A stretch of DNA of 64,000 nucleotides from an uncultured Actinomycetes bacterium (lineage in GTDB: Bacteria > Actinomycetota > Acidimicrobiia > IMCC26256 > DASPTH01), in NCBI GenBank assembly GCA_963720785.1, contig CAVRGQ010000009.1, positions 695,813 through 759,812 of the forward strand, written 5' to 3'. Below are positions 56,172 through 64,000 of the stretch, piece by piece. The notes below the pieces were generated by a model. The model did no database searches. It had not been told where the DNA came from and saw only the letters and a program-made list of their open reading frames with translations. Each line of letters opens with the position of its first letter. The first letter of the stretch is position 1. The translations under genes were made by a program, and so were the position numbers.

Positions 56172-57779
56172 GTGGGGACCGCACACTTCGAGCTGCGCAC
56201 CGTGGCACCGGACCTCGCGGCGCGATACCGCGCCGCGGGCTGGTGGGCCGACACCACCGTGGGTGCGGTCGCCGAGTCGGGCCTCGCCGCCCTGCACGAC
56301 CGGGAGTTCGTGGTGCACTCGCAGGTGCGGCCGTGGCGCGGCACCTTCGGCGAGGTCGACGCCCGGGGCCGGGCCCTCGCCGGATGGCTCGCCGCCCGCG
56401 GGGTGGGCGCGGGCGACGTCGTCGTGCTGCAGCTGCCCAACTGGATGGAGGCGGGCGTCGCCTTCTTCGCCGCCACCTATCTCGGCGCGGTCGTGGTGCC
56501 GGTCGTGCACTTCTACGGGCCGAAGGAGGTGGGCTACATCCTGCGCGCCACCGAACCGGCGGTCGTCGTCACGCCCGAACGCTTCGGGCACACCGACCAC
56601 CTCGCGATGTACGACGAGCTCCTCGCCGACCATCCCGACACACTCTGGCTGGTGGCGGCCGACCCGGCGACCGAGCTCCCGCGTCGGGGGATCGCACTCG
56701 ACACGACCTTCGACCACGCACCGGTCACGCACGCCACCGCGGTCGACCCCGACACCCCCGCACTCATCGGGTTCACCTCGGGCACCACCCGCGACCCGAA
56801 AGGCGTGGTGCACTCGCACAACACCATCCTGTGCGAGACCCGCCAGCTCGCCGAGATGAACTCGCTCCCCGGGCCGCCCGGGCTCACCGGCGCGCCCGTC
56901 GGTCACTTCATCGGGATGCTCGGCGCCTTCCTCATGCCGTTGCTGCGCCGGGAGCCCGTCCACCTCATCGACGTGTGGAACCCCGGCGAGGTGCTGCGCA
57001 TCATGCGCGAGGAGCAGGTGGGGGTGCTCGGCGGCGCGACCTTCTTCCTCACCAGTCTCCTCGACCACCCCGACTTCTCCGACGAGCACCGCGCGCTCAT
57101 GCCCTACGCAGGGCTCGGCGGCGCGCCCATCCCCGCGTCGGTGGCCGAGCGGCTCGACGCGCTCGGCATCACCATGTTCCGTTCGTACGGCAGCACCGAG
57201 CACCCGTCGATCACGGGCAGTCCGCCCACCGCGCCGCGGGAGAAGCGCCTCTACACCGACGGCTGCGCGATGCCGGGCGTGGAGCTGCGCCTCGACGACG
57301 ACGGCCAGATCGTGAGCCGCGGCCCCGACCTCTTCCTCGGGTACACCGATCCCGAGCTCACCGCGACCGTGTTCGACGACGACGGCTGGTACCACACCGG
57401 CGACGTCGGCGTGCTCGACGACGACGGCTACCTGGCGATCACCGACCGCATCTCCGACGTGATCATCCGCGGCGGCGAGAACATCAGCGCGCAGGAGATC
57501 GAGGAGCAACTCCTGAAGGTGCCCGGCTTCGCCGAGGTTGCCGTGGTCGCCGCGCCCGACGAACGACTCGGCGAGCATGCGGCCGCGATCGTGCGCGTCC
57601 TCGACGGCACCGACGCGCCCACCCTCGACGATGTCCGCGTGCACCTCGAGTCGGTCGGCCTCGCCCGGCAGAAGTGGCCCGAGGAGCTGCACGTCGTCGC
57701 GGAGCTCCCCCGCACCGCGTCGGGCAAGGTGCAGAAGTTCCGCCTCCGCCAGGCCCTCCGCGAAGGGACGATCACATGA
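56172..57779 (+). CDS. AMP-dependent acyl-CoA synthetase/ligase (ligase-2)
   Basis: 535-aa ORF with GTG after a GAGGGGGG RBS. It has FTSGTTRDPKGV, YGSTE, TGDVG and SGKVQK. Confidence 0.9.
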   Translation: MGTAHFELRTVAPDLAARYRAAGWWADTTVGAVAESGLAALHDREFVVHSQVRPWRGTFGEVDARGRALAGWLAARGVGAGDVVVLQLPNWMEAGVAFFAATYLGAVVVPVVHFYGPKEVGYILRATEPAVVVTPERFGHTDHLAMYDELLADHPDTLWLVAADPATELPRRGIALDTTFDHAPVTHATAVDPDTPALIGFTSGTTRDPKGVVHSHNTILCETRQLAEMNSLPGPPGLTGAPVGHFIGMLGAFLMPLLRREPVHLIDVWNPGEVLRIMREEQVGVLGGATFFLTSLLDHPDFSDEHRALMPYAGLGGAPIPASVAERLDALGITMFRSYGSTEHPSITGSPPTAPREKRLYTDGCAMPGVELRLDDDGQIVSRGPDLFLGYTDPELTATVFDDDGWYHTGDVGVLDDDGYLAITDRISDVIIRGGENISAQEIEEQLLKVPGFAEVAVVAAPDERLGEHAAAIVRVLDGTDAPTLDDVRVHLESVGLARQKWPEELHVVAELPRTASGKVQKFRLRQALREGTIT

Positions 57780-58607
57780 GCACCCTCACCATCGAACCGC
57801 TCGGCACCTCCGTGGGCGCGGGAGGTGCGCGGTGCCGATCCCGCGATGCTCGCGCACGACGAGGGCTTCGCCACCTGGTGCCTCGACACGCTGGAGGCCC
57901 ACGGCGCGCTCGTGTTCCGCGGCCTGCACCTCGACGACGCGTCGCAGGTCGCGTTCGGTCGCCGGCTCGGCGAACCGGAGATCAAGGGGCGCGGCGAGCA
58001 CCCGGAGATCATGATCGTGAGCCTCGACCCCGCCGTCTCCAAGATGGCGGAGTACCTGCGCGGCACCGTGTACTGGCACATCGACGGCGCGCAGGACGAC
58101 ATCCCGAGCAAGGCGACCATCCTCAACGCGATCGCGGTCGCGGCCACCGGCGGTGAGACGGAGTTCGCGAGCACGTACGCCGCGTTCGACATGCTCGACC
58201 CCGATGAGCAGGCCCGCGCGCTCGACACCCGCGTCGTGCACAGCCTCGAGGCCACCCAACGCCTCACCGACCCCGACCCCACGCCCGAGCAGGTCGCGCG
58301 GTGGCGCATGGTCCCCGACAAGGTCCACCCCCTCGTGTGGACCCACCACACCGGTCGCCGCTCGCTCGTGATCGGCGCGACCGCGTCGCACGTCGAGGAC
58401 ATGGACGTCGACGAGGGCCGGGCGTTCCTCGCCTCACTCGACGCGCGCGCCACCGCCCCCGACCGTGTGTACCGCCACGAGTGGCAGGTCGGTGACCTCG
58501 TCATCTGGGACAACCGCGGCGTGATGCACCGGGTGTGCCCGTACGACCCGACGTCCACGCGCGAGATGCACCGCATCACGATCGCCGGCGACGAGCCGAT
58601 CCGATGA
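57776..58607 (+). pseudogene. TauD/TfdA family Fe(II)/2-oxoglutarate dioxygenase (TauD-2), frame broken once (+1) near 57819-57822
   Basis: ATG at 57776 overlaps the ligase-2 stop (ATGA). MSTLTIEPLGTSVGA continues as EVRGADPAML ... VYWHIDGAQ (HxD) ... WDNRGVMHRV in the frame of ORF 57825..58607. Length is 832 nt = 3n+1. Confidence 0.8.
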
Positions 58608-58635
58608 CCCGCACATCGACCCCACTACCCTGCCC

Positions 58636-59343
58636 GTGATGGCGAAGAGCGGCAAGGGAGCAGCCGGAGCAGCGGGCGCGGCGAAGGGGGACGACGCCCC
58701 CAGCCGGCGCGAGCTCGCGGTCGCGCGCTCGCTCGACTCCGCCCGCACCCGGGCCGAGAACCGCGTGCAGCAGTTCCTCGACGCGGCGGTCGAGCTGATG
58801 GACGAGGACCCCAACCGCGACTTCACCGTGCAGGAGGTCGTCGACCGCTCCGGGCAGTCGTTGCGCAGCTTCTACCAGTACTTCGACGGCAAGTACGAGC
58901 TGCTGCTCGCGCTGTTCGAGGAGTCGGTGCGCGCCACCGTCGTGGCCCTCCGCGACACGCTCCCCACCGGTGACGCCGGTGAGCGCCTGCACACGTTCGT
59001 CGTCCAGTACCACGCGATGTGCCGCCCGGCGCGCAGTGGCCGCGCCCGGCCCACGCCCGGGATGGGCCGCTTCGCGCAGCAACTGCTCACCGAACACCCG
59101 AAGGAGGCAGCCGCCGCGTTCGGCCCCCTCATGGACCTCACCCGCGGTCTGCTCGACGACGCCGCCGCAGCCGGCGCGATCCGCGACGACCTCGCGCACG
59201 ACGCCCTCGCGGGCGTGTTGCTGCAGGCCATCATGTTCAACTCGTTCGCCACCATCATCAGCGGGAAGGCAACCGCCGAGGCGTCGGCCGACGCCGACCC
59301 CGAGGTGATGTGGGGACTGTTCTTCGAGGGAATGGAGCGCTAG
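58636..59343 (+). CDS. TetR/AcrR family transcriptional regulator
   Basis: 235-aa ORF with the HTH FTVQEVVDRSGQSLRSFYQYFDGKYELL. Confidence 0.85.
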   Translation: MMAKSGKGAAGAAGAAKGDDAPSRRELAVARSLDSARTRAENRVQQFLDAAVELMDEDPNRDFTVQEVVDRSGQSLRSFYQYFDGKYELLLALFEESVRATVVALRDTLPTGDAGERLHTFVVQYHAMCRPARSGRARPTPGMGRFAQQLLTEHPKEAAAAFGPLMDLTRGLLDDAAAAGAIRDDLAHDALAGVLLQAIMFNSFATIISGKATAEASADADPEVMWGLFFEGMER

Positions 59344-60092
59344 TGCGTGCAGTCGTGGTGGGGGCCTCGAGTGGGCTCGGTCGGTGCATCGGTGTGGGCC
59401 TGGCCCAGAAGGGCGAGCAGGTCGCACTGCTGGCGCGTCGGCTCGACAAGCTCGAGGGCGCGGCCGAGGAGGCCGGCAACGGCGCCATCGCGGTCCGCTG
59501 CGACGTCACCGACGCGGCGTCCACGCACGCGGCGATCGCGGAAGCCGCGGCGAAGCTGGGCGGGATCGACGCCCTCGTCTACTCCACCGGCATCGGCCCG
59601 CTGTCGCGCGTCGAGGACATCGACGTCGACACCTGGCGCGCCGCGCTCGACACCAACGTGGTCGGCGCCTCGATCGTGACCGCCGCCGCGCTACCCCACC
59701 TGCAGGCGTCCCGCGGTCGCGCCGCATACCTGTCGTCGGTGAGCGGCTCGACCACCGCGCCGTGGCCCGGTCTCGGCGCCTACGTCGTGAGCAAGGCCGC
59801 GCTCGAGCGCCTCATCGAGGTATGGCGCGTCGAGCACCCGTCCGTCGGTTTCACGCGGGTCGTCGTCGGCGACTGCGTCGGCGGCGAAGGCGACAGCGCG
59901 ACCGGGTTCAACACCGGCTGGGACATGGATCTCGCGCTCGAGTTGTTCCCCACGTGGGCGGCCCGCGGCCTGATCTCCGAGACGCAACTGGCGGTCGAGG
60001 AGCTGGTGGAGACGGTCGACCACGTGCTGCGCCTGGGCGCCACCGCGAACATCCCCTCGGTCTCGGTCACGCCCCGCAACCCTGCCGCGTAA
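59343..60092 (+). CDS. SDR family oxidoreductase
   Basis: GTG at 59343 overlaps the TetR stop. It has VRAVVVGASSGLGRCIG and YVVSKAALERL. Confidence 0.8.
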   Translation: MRAVVVGASSGLGRCIGVGLAQKGEQVALLARRLDKLEGAAEEAGNGAIAVRCDVTDAASTHAAIAEAAAKLGGIDALVYSTGIGPLSRVEDIDVDTWRAALDTNVVGASIVTAAALPHLQASRGRAAYLSSVSGSTTAPWPGLGAYVVSKAALERLIEVWRVEHPSVGFTRVVVGDCVGGEGDSATGFNTGWDMDLALELFPTWAARGLISETQLAVEELVETVDHVLRLGATANIPSVSVTPRNPAA

Positions 60093-60095
60093 CTC

Positions 60096-60927
60096 CTACA
60101 AAGCGCCGGGGCCGCCCGCGCGGCCGCGGATCATGGCGTCCTGCACGAACGACGCCACGATGTTGCCCTGCTGGTCGAACACGTTCGCCGTGCCGTAGCT
60201 CCGGCCGCGCCCCGCGTACGGGCTGCGGTGCGAGAGCAGCAGCCACTGGTCGGCGTGGATCGGCTCGTGGAACGTGAGCGTGTGGCCGATCACGCCGGTC
60301 GACAGCGTGACGTGCGCGAGCGCGTAGCCCACGCCCGCGTGCGGGATCATCGCGGTGCCGATGAGCCAGCCGTCGGTCGCGAACGACAACAACGCCTGGT
60401 TCACGACGGGGTCGGCAGGAGCGCCGACGAAGCGGCTCCAGATCTCCAACTCCGCGGGGCCGACGGGCGCGTCGGGGTCGACGACGTCGATGCCACCCAC
60501 CACCGCGCACTCCCAGCCCGGCAACTCGGTCGGCGAGCTCACCGACTCCTCGGGCGGCGCCGACCTGCGGCATCGCCGCGCCGTGCCGGATCGTGTCCTC
60601 GTCGTCGGCGCTGAGGAGCACGATCGCCCGGCAGCAGAGGCGGTCGCCCTGGCTGATGGTGACGGTGCTGCTGGCGAACGCCCGACCCGCGTGCATCGGG
60701 TCGACGGTGACGTCGAGCGGCTCGTCGTACGACGCACCGCGCGCGAACACCGTGTGGATCGTCTTGACCGTCTTGCCCTCGTGGCCGAGCGCGCCGGCCA
60801 CGATCATCTGCCCGAGCAGCTGTCCGCCGAACACCACGCTGTGGCCGGTGCCCGCGTGCTGCGCCCGGTAGGCGTTCTCGCCGGTGGGCTCGAGCTCGAG
60901 CCAGTCGAGGTTCATCGCGTCAGCCAT
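60096..60927 (-). pseudogene. tesB: acyl-CoA thioesterase II (double hot-dog), frame broken once (+1) near 60553-60560
   Basis: MADAMNLDWLELEPTGENAYRAQHAGTGHSVVFGGQLLGQ ... IRHGAAMPQVGA reads in the frame of ORF 60067..60927. It continues as PEESVSSPTELPGWE ... GHTLTFHEPIHADQWLLLSHRSPYAGRGRSYG in the frame of ORF 60096..60737. Length is 832 nt = 3n+1. Confidence 0.8.
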
Positions 60928-60933
60928 GGTGGA

Positions 60934-61704
60934 CTACTTCGGAGGGAAGCGCAGCGCGCCGTCGAGGCGGATGTTCTCACCGTTGAGGTAGCTGTTGCGG
61001 GCGATCATCTCGACCAGCTCGCCGAACTCCTCGGGCTTGCCCAGGCGGTGCGGGTGGATGATCTGCTCGACGAGCTTCTCGCGCATCGCGTCGGGCGCGC
61101 TCATCATCAGCGGCGTGCCCATCGTGCCGGGAGCGATCGCGCACACGCGGATGCCGATGGGGGCGAGGTCGCGCGCCATCGGGAGCGTCATGCCGAGCAC
61201 GCCGGCCTTGGCGGTGCCGTAGGCGATCTGGCCCGTCTGGCCCTCCATGCCCGCGATCGAGCCGACGTTCACGAACACGCCGCGCTCGTTGCTGTCGTCG
61301 GGCTCGTTGTCGGCCATGGCCGCGGCCGCGTGTCGGCACACGTTGAAGGTGCCCATGATGTTCATCTGGATCGTGATGACGAACGCGTCCCAGTCGTGCG
61401 GCACGTTGCCCTTGCCGACCGTGCGCCCGCCGCCCACGCCGCCACCGGCGACGTTGACCACCACCGTGAGGCGGCCGAGGTCCTGCGCGGCGAGGATCGC
61501 CGCCTGCACGGCCGCGTCGTCGGTGGTGTCACCCACGACCGCGATCGTGTCGGGCCCGAGCTCCTTGGCCAGCGCCTCGGCGGGGTCGGCCACTCGGTCG
61601 AAGATCACGACCTTCATCCCCGCGTCGACCAGGCGGCGGACGCTGGCGGAACCCAGGCCGCCTGCCCCACCGGTGACGATTGCCGAACGACCTGCGATCT
61701 CCAT
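60934..61704 (-). CDS. 3-hydroxyacyl-CoA dehydrogenase-type SDR (HSD17B10 / 3-hydroxy-2-methylbutyryl-CoA dehydrogenase-like)
   Basis: ORF 60934..62106 trimmed to the ATG at 61704: GRSAIVTGGAGGLGSA ... NVAGGG ... SIAGMEGQTGQIAYGTAKAGVLGMTLPMARDLAPIGIRV ... NGENIRLDGALRFPPK. Confidence 0.85.
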   Translation of the reverse strand: MEIAGRSAIVTGGAGGLGSASVRRLVDAGMKVVIFDRVADPAEALAKELGPDTIAVVGDTTDDAAVQAAILAAQDLGRLTVVVNVAGGGVGGGRTVGKGNVPHDWDAFVITIQMNIMGTFNVCRHAAAAMADNEPDDSNERGVFVNVGSIAGMEGQTGQIAYGTAKAGVLGMTLPMARDLAPIGIRVCAIAPGTMGTPLMMSAPDAMREKLVEQIIHPHRLGKPEEFGELVEMIARNSYLNGENIRLDGALRFPPK

Positions 61705-61777
61705 GCGTGCGCTGCTTCCTTCGTGACTGGTTGCTTCGTGATGTGCGGGCGTTGGCCGCGAGCGTGGCCCGAAAAAG

Positions 61778-61806
61778 TGGACCGAGTCCAATTGCGACCC
61801 TACATT
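61778..61806 (+). promoter_or_regulatory. candidate promoter for the CoA-transferase gene: -35 TGGACC (61778-61783), 17-nt spacer, -10 TACATT (61801-61806)
   Basis: The hexamers were read directly in the 145-bp divergent spacer. A small palindrome TGGAC-cga-GTCCA overlaps the -35. Confidence 0.35.
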
Positions 61807-61849
61807 GTCGCCCGCACCCGACTTCGTGGCCGCACTGGGGGACACACCG

Positions 61850-63064
61850 ATGACCGACGTGATGCAGGGGATACGGATCCTCGAGGTGGCGGAGCAGACC
61901 TTCGTGCCTGCCGCCTCCGCGATCCTCGCCGAGTGGGGCGCCGACGTGATCAAGATCGAACACGTCGAGCGGGGCGACGCGATGCGGGGCCTGATGGCGA
62001 GCGGGATCATGAACCTGCAGTCGAACGTGCACGTGATCCTCGAGCACTCGAACCGCGGGAAGCGCAGCCTCGGCCTCGACCTCACCAGCGACGAGGGCCG
62101 CGCCATCCTCTACCAGCTCGCGACCACCAGCGACGTGTTCCTCACCAACAAGCTGCCGACGGTACGCACGAAGCTGAAGCTCGACGTCGACGACATCCGG
62201 GCGGCCAACCCGAACATCGTCTACGTGCGCGGCACCGGGCAGGGCGAGCGCGGCCCCGACGCCGACAAGGGCGCCTACGACCATCTCGCGTTCTGGTGCC
62301 GGGCGGGTGTGTCGATGGGTGCAACCCCGGAAGGCGAGAACCCCGCGCAGACGCCGGCTCCCGCGTTCGGCGACTCCATCGGCGCGATGACCATCGCCGG
62401 CGGGATCATGGGCGCGCTGCTCCACCGGGAACGCACCGGTGAGGCGACCACCGTCGACGTGTCGCTGATGAGCGCGGGCCTGTGGTCGATGGGCGCGGCG
62501 ATCGCGCTGTCGTTGCAGACGGGCATGCCGTGGCGCCCGCCGCCGATGACGCACGGCTCGGGCAACCCGCTCGTGGGCAACTACGTCACCGGCGACAGCC
62601 GCTGGCTCGCGTTCTCGTGCCTGCAGCTCGACAAGTACTGGCGCAACTTCGTCACCCTGATCGGCAAGCCCGAGATGGCCGACGACGAGCGCTATACCGA
62701 CCACGCCACGATCGTCGCCAACGCGGAGACCGCGCACGCCACGATCGCGGGTGTGCTCGCGTCCGAGTCGCTCGCGCACTGGCGCGAGGTGCTCGCGCCG
62801 TTCAACGGCCAGTGGTCGGTGGTCCAGGACACCAACGAGGCCGCCGCCGACGAGCAGACGCTCGCCAACGACTACATCCAGGACTACACCACCTCGGAGG
62901 GTGTCCCGTTCCAGCTCGTCGCGCCGCCGGTGCAGTTCGGAGGCGTGCCCGGGACCCCGAAGCGCGCGCCGGAGTTCAACGAGCACGGTGACGCGATCCT
63001 CGAGTCGATCGGTCTCGATTGGGACACCGTGATCGACCTGAAGGTCCGCGGCATCGTCGCCTGA
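61850..63064 (+). CDS. family III CoA-transferase (CaiB/BaiF / alpha-methylacyl-CoA racemase family)
   Basis: ORF 61805..63064 trimmed to the ATG at 61850: GIRILEVAEQTFVPAASAILAEWGADVIKIEH ... NRGKRSLGLDL ... VFLTN. The catalytic-Asp region is AFGDSIGAMT. Confidence 0.9.
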   Translation: MTDVMQGIRILEVAEQTFVPAASAILAEWGADVIKIEHVERGDAMRGLMASGIMNLQSNVHVILEHSNRGKRSLGLDLTSDEGRAILYQLATTSDVFLTNKLPTVRTKLKLDVDDIRAANPNIVYVRGTGQGERGPDADKGAYDHLAFWCRAGVSMGATPEGENPAQTPAPAFGDSIGAMTIAGGIMGALLHRERTGEATTVDVSLMSAGLWSMGAAIALSLQTGMPWRPPPMTHGSGNPLVGNYVTGDSRWLAFSCLQLDKYWRNFVTLIGKPEMADDERYTDHATIVANAETAHATIAGVLASESLAHWREVLAPFNGQWSVVQDTNEAAADEQTLANDYIQDYTTSEGVPFQLVAPPVQFGGVPGTPKRAPEFNEHGDAILESIGLDWDTVIDLKVRGIVA

Positions 63065-63077
63065 GCGGCGGCTGCTG

Positions 63078-64000
63078 GTGGACACGCTCGACGGCGTCCT
63101 GCGCGCACGCGCCACCACCGACGCCACGCGCGTCGCCCTCGACTTCGAGGATCAGGGGTTCACCTTCGCCGATGTCGCGGCGCGGGCCGACGACTGGTCC
63201 CGCGCGCTGCACGATGCGGGGGTCGGACCCGGCGCTCGCGTCGCGGTGATGTCGGGCAACCGGCCCGAGTTCGTCTTCGCGGTGTACGGCGTGCTGCAGC
63301 TCGGCGCCGCCGTGGTGATGTGCAGCCCCGCGTGGAAGGCGCGCGAGCTCGAGCACGCGTGTGCACTGACCGAACCAGGCTTCGTGGTGACCGACGACGC
63401 CGGTGCGCTCGCGTTCAACGCGGTGCGGCCGACGATCACGGTCGTGCGCATCGACGAGCCCGTCTCCTCCGAGCGCGCCGAACCGCTCACGTGTGCCGAC
63501 GACGTCGACGCCGACGCGGTGCTCGTGTTCAGCTCCGGCACCACCGGGTTCCCGAAGGCAGTGCGCCACACCCATCGCACCATGGGCCACGGCGTCGCGC
63601 ACTGGATCACCGCGCTCGGCCTCACCGCCGACGACCGCTTCCAGGTGGCCACGCCACCTGTCCACATCCTCGGCCTGCTGAACATCGTCACCGCCGTCGC
63701 CGCGGGCGCGCGCCTACGGCTCCACCTGCGCTTCGACCTCGACGCCCTCCTCGCCGCGATCGGAGCGCGACCGCGTCACCCTGGAGATGGCAGTCGCGCC
63801 GATCGCGCTCGGGATGGCCAACCACCCCGAGCTCGAGCGCTACGACCTGTCGTCGCTGCGCTACGTGATGTGGGGCGCCACCCCGGTGACGCCCGAGGTC
63901 GCGGCCACGGTGACCCGCCGCTCGGGCGTGCGCTGGCTCCCCTGCTACGGAACGAGTGAGGTGCCGGTGCTCACCGCCAACCCCGTCGACCGGCCCGACG
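63078..64000 (+). pseudogene. AMP-dependent acyl-CoA synthetase/ligase (ligase-3), 3'-truncated by the window edge, frame broken once (+1) near 63760-63763
   Basis: GTG at 63078: ... VFSSGTTGFPKAVRHTH ... FDLDALLAAI reads in the frame of ORF 63078..63959. It continues as ERDRVTLEMAVAPIALGMANHPELERYDLSSLRYVMWGATP ... YGTSEVPVL in the +1 frame to the end of the window. Confidence 0.8.

Noticed and set aside
53364-57692. 1442-aa uninterrupted minus-strand ORF, the longest in the window
   Set aside because: It is a concatenation artefact of stop-poor GC-rich DNA. Its C-terminal 289 aa are a real hydroxyacid dehydrogenase. A middle part coincides with the N-terminus of ALDH-2. The first 500 or so codons are antisense to the well-supported acyl-CoA ligase (56172-57779) and have Arg/Gly/Asp-rich low-complexity composition.
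54983-58156. 1057-aa plus-strand ORF
   Set aside because: Most of it is antisense or out of frame to ALDH-2 and ligase-2, with Arg/Pro-rich junk composition. Only its last 15 or so codons before the frame break correspond to a real gene (the TauD-2 N-terminus).

Overview
High-GC (roughly 70%) actinobacterial-type chromosomal DNA that is almost entirely coding: about 62 protein genes. I found no rRNA, tRNA, CRISPR array, transposase or integrase. LEFT END (1-6.4 kb, minus strand): the conserved operon argS-lysA-hom-thrC. An SDR oxidoreductase is translationally coupled to thrC where thrB usually sits. The 5' end of purU follows, and its start codon lies inside a 5-copy 14-bp tandem repeat. REST (7.5-64 kb): a dense accessory catabolic region built from lipid/steroid/terpenoid-type CoA-thioester modules:
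- two DUF35 + thiolase-like modules
- an alpha/beta acyl-CoA dehydrogenase pair next to a P450 and a 3Fe-4S-type ferredoxin
- a Rieske oxygenase and a separate FNR/2Fe-2S reductase
- three acyl-CoA ligases, a family III CoA-transferase, TesB, and an HSD17B10-type dehydrogenase
- two aldehyde dehydrogenases, about 10 further SDRs, two amidohydrolase-2 enzymes, two TauD/TfdA dioxygenases, three carboxymuconolactone-decarboxylase-family proteins, and F420-type enzymes
- a sulfotransferase
- three type-I solute-binding proteins with no ABC permease or ATPase genes (one has no signal peptide)
- five TetR regulators and one MarR regulator
Most unusual points:
1. The ATG-bearing tandem repeat at purU.
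2. A 51-bp nested palindrome present twice at convergent gene junctions, plus a third palindrome with related architecture.
3. 21 reading-frame breaks in 17 otherwise well-conserved genes. 18 behave as +1 insertions, and essential argS is among the hits, which points to consensus sequence error more than to decay.
4. Several AT-rich perfect palindromes likely to be operators.
I saw no convincing defence, toxin or mobile system. The candidate 'new biology' is regulatory or structural DNA plus unusual operon architectures. All protein identities come from motif recognition by eye. Frameshift positions are accurate to about +/-5 nt.
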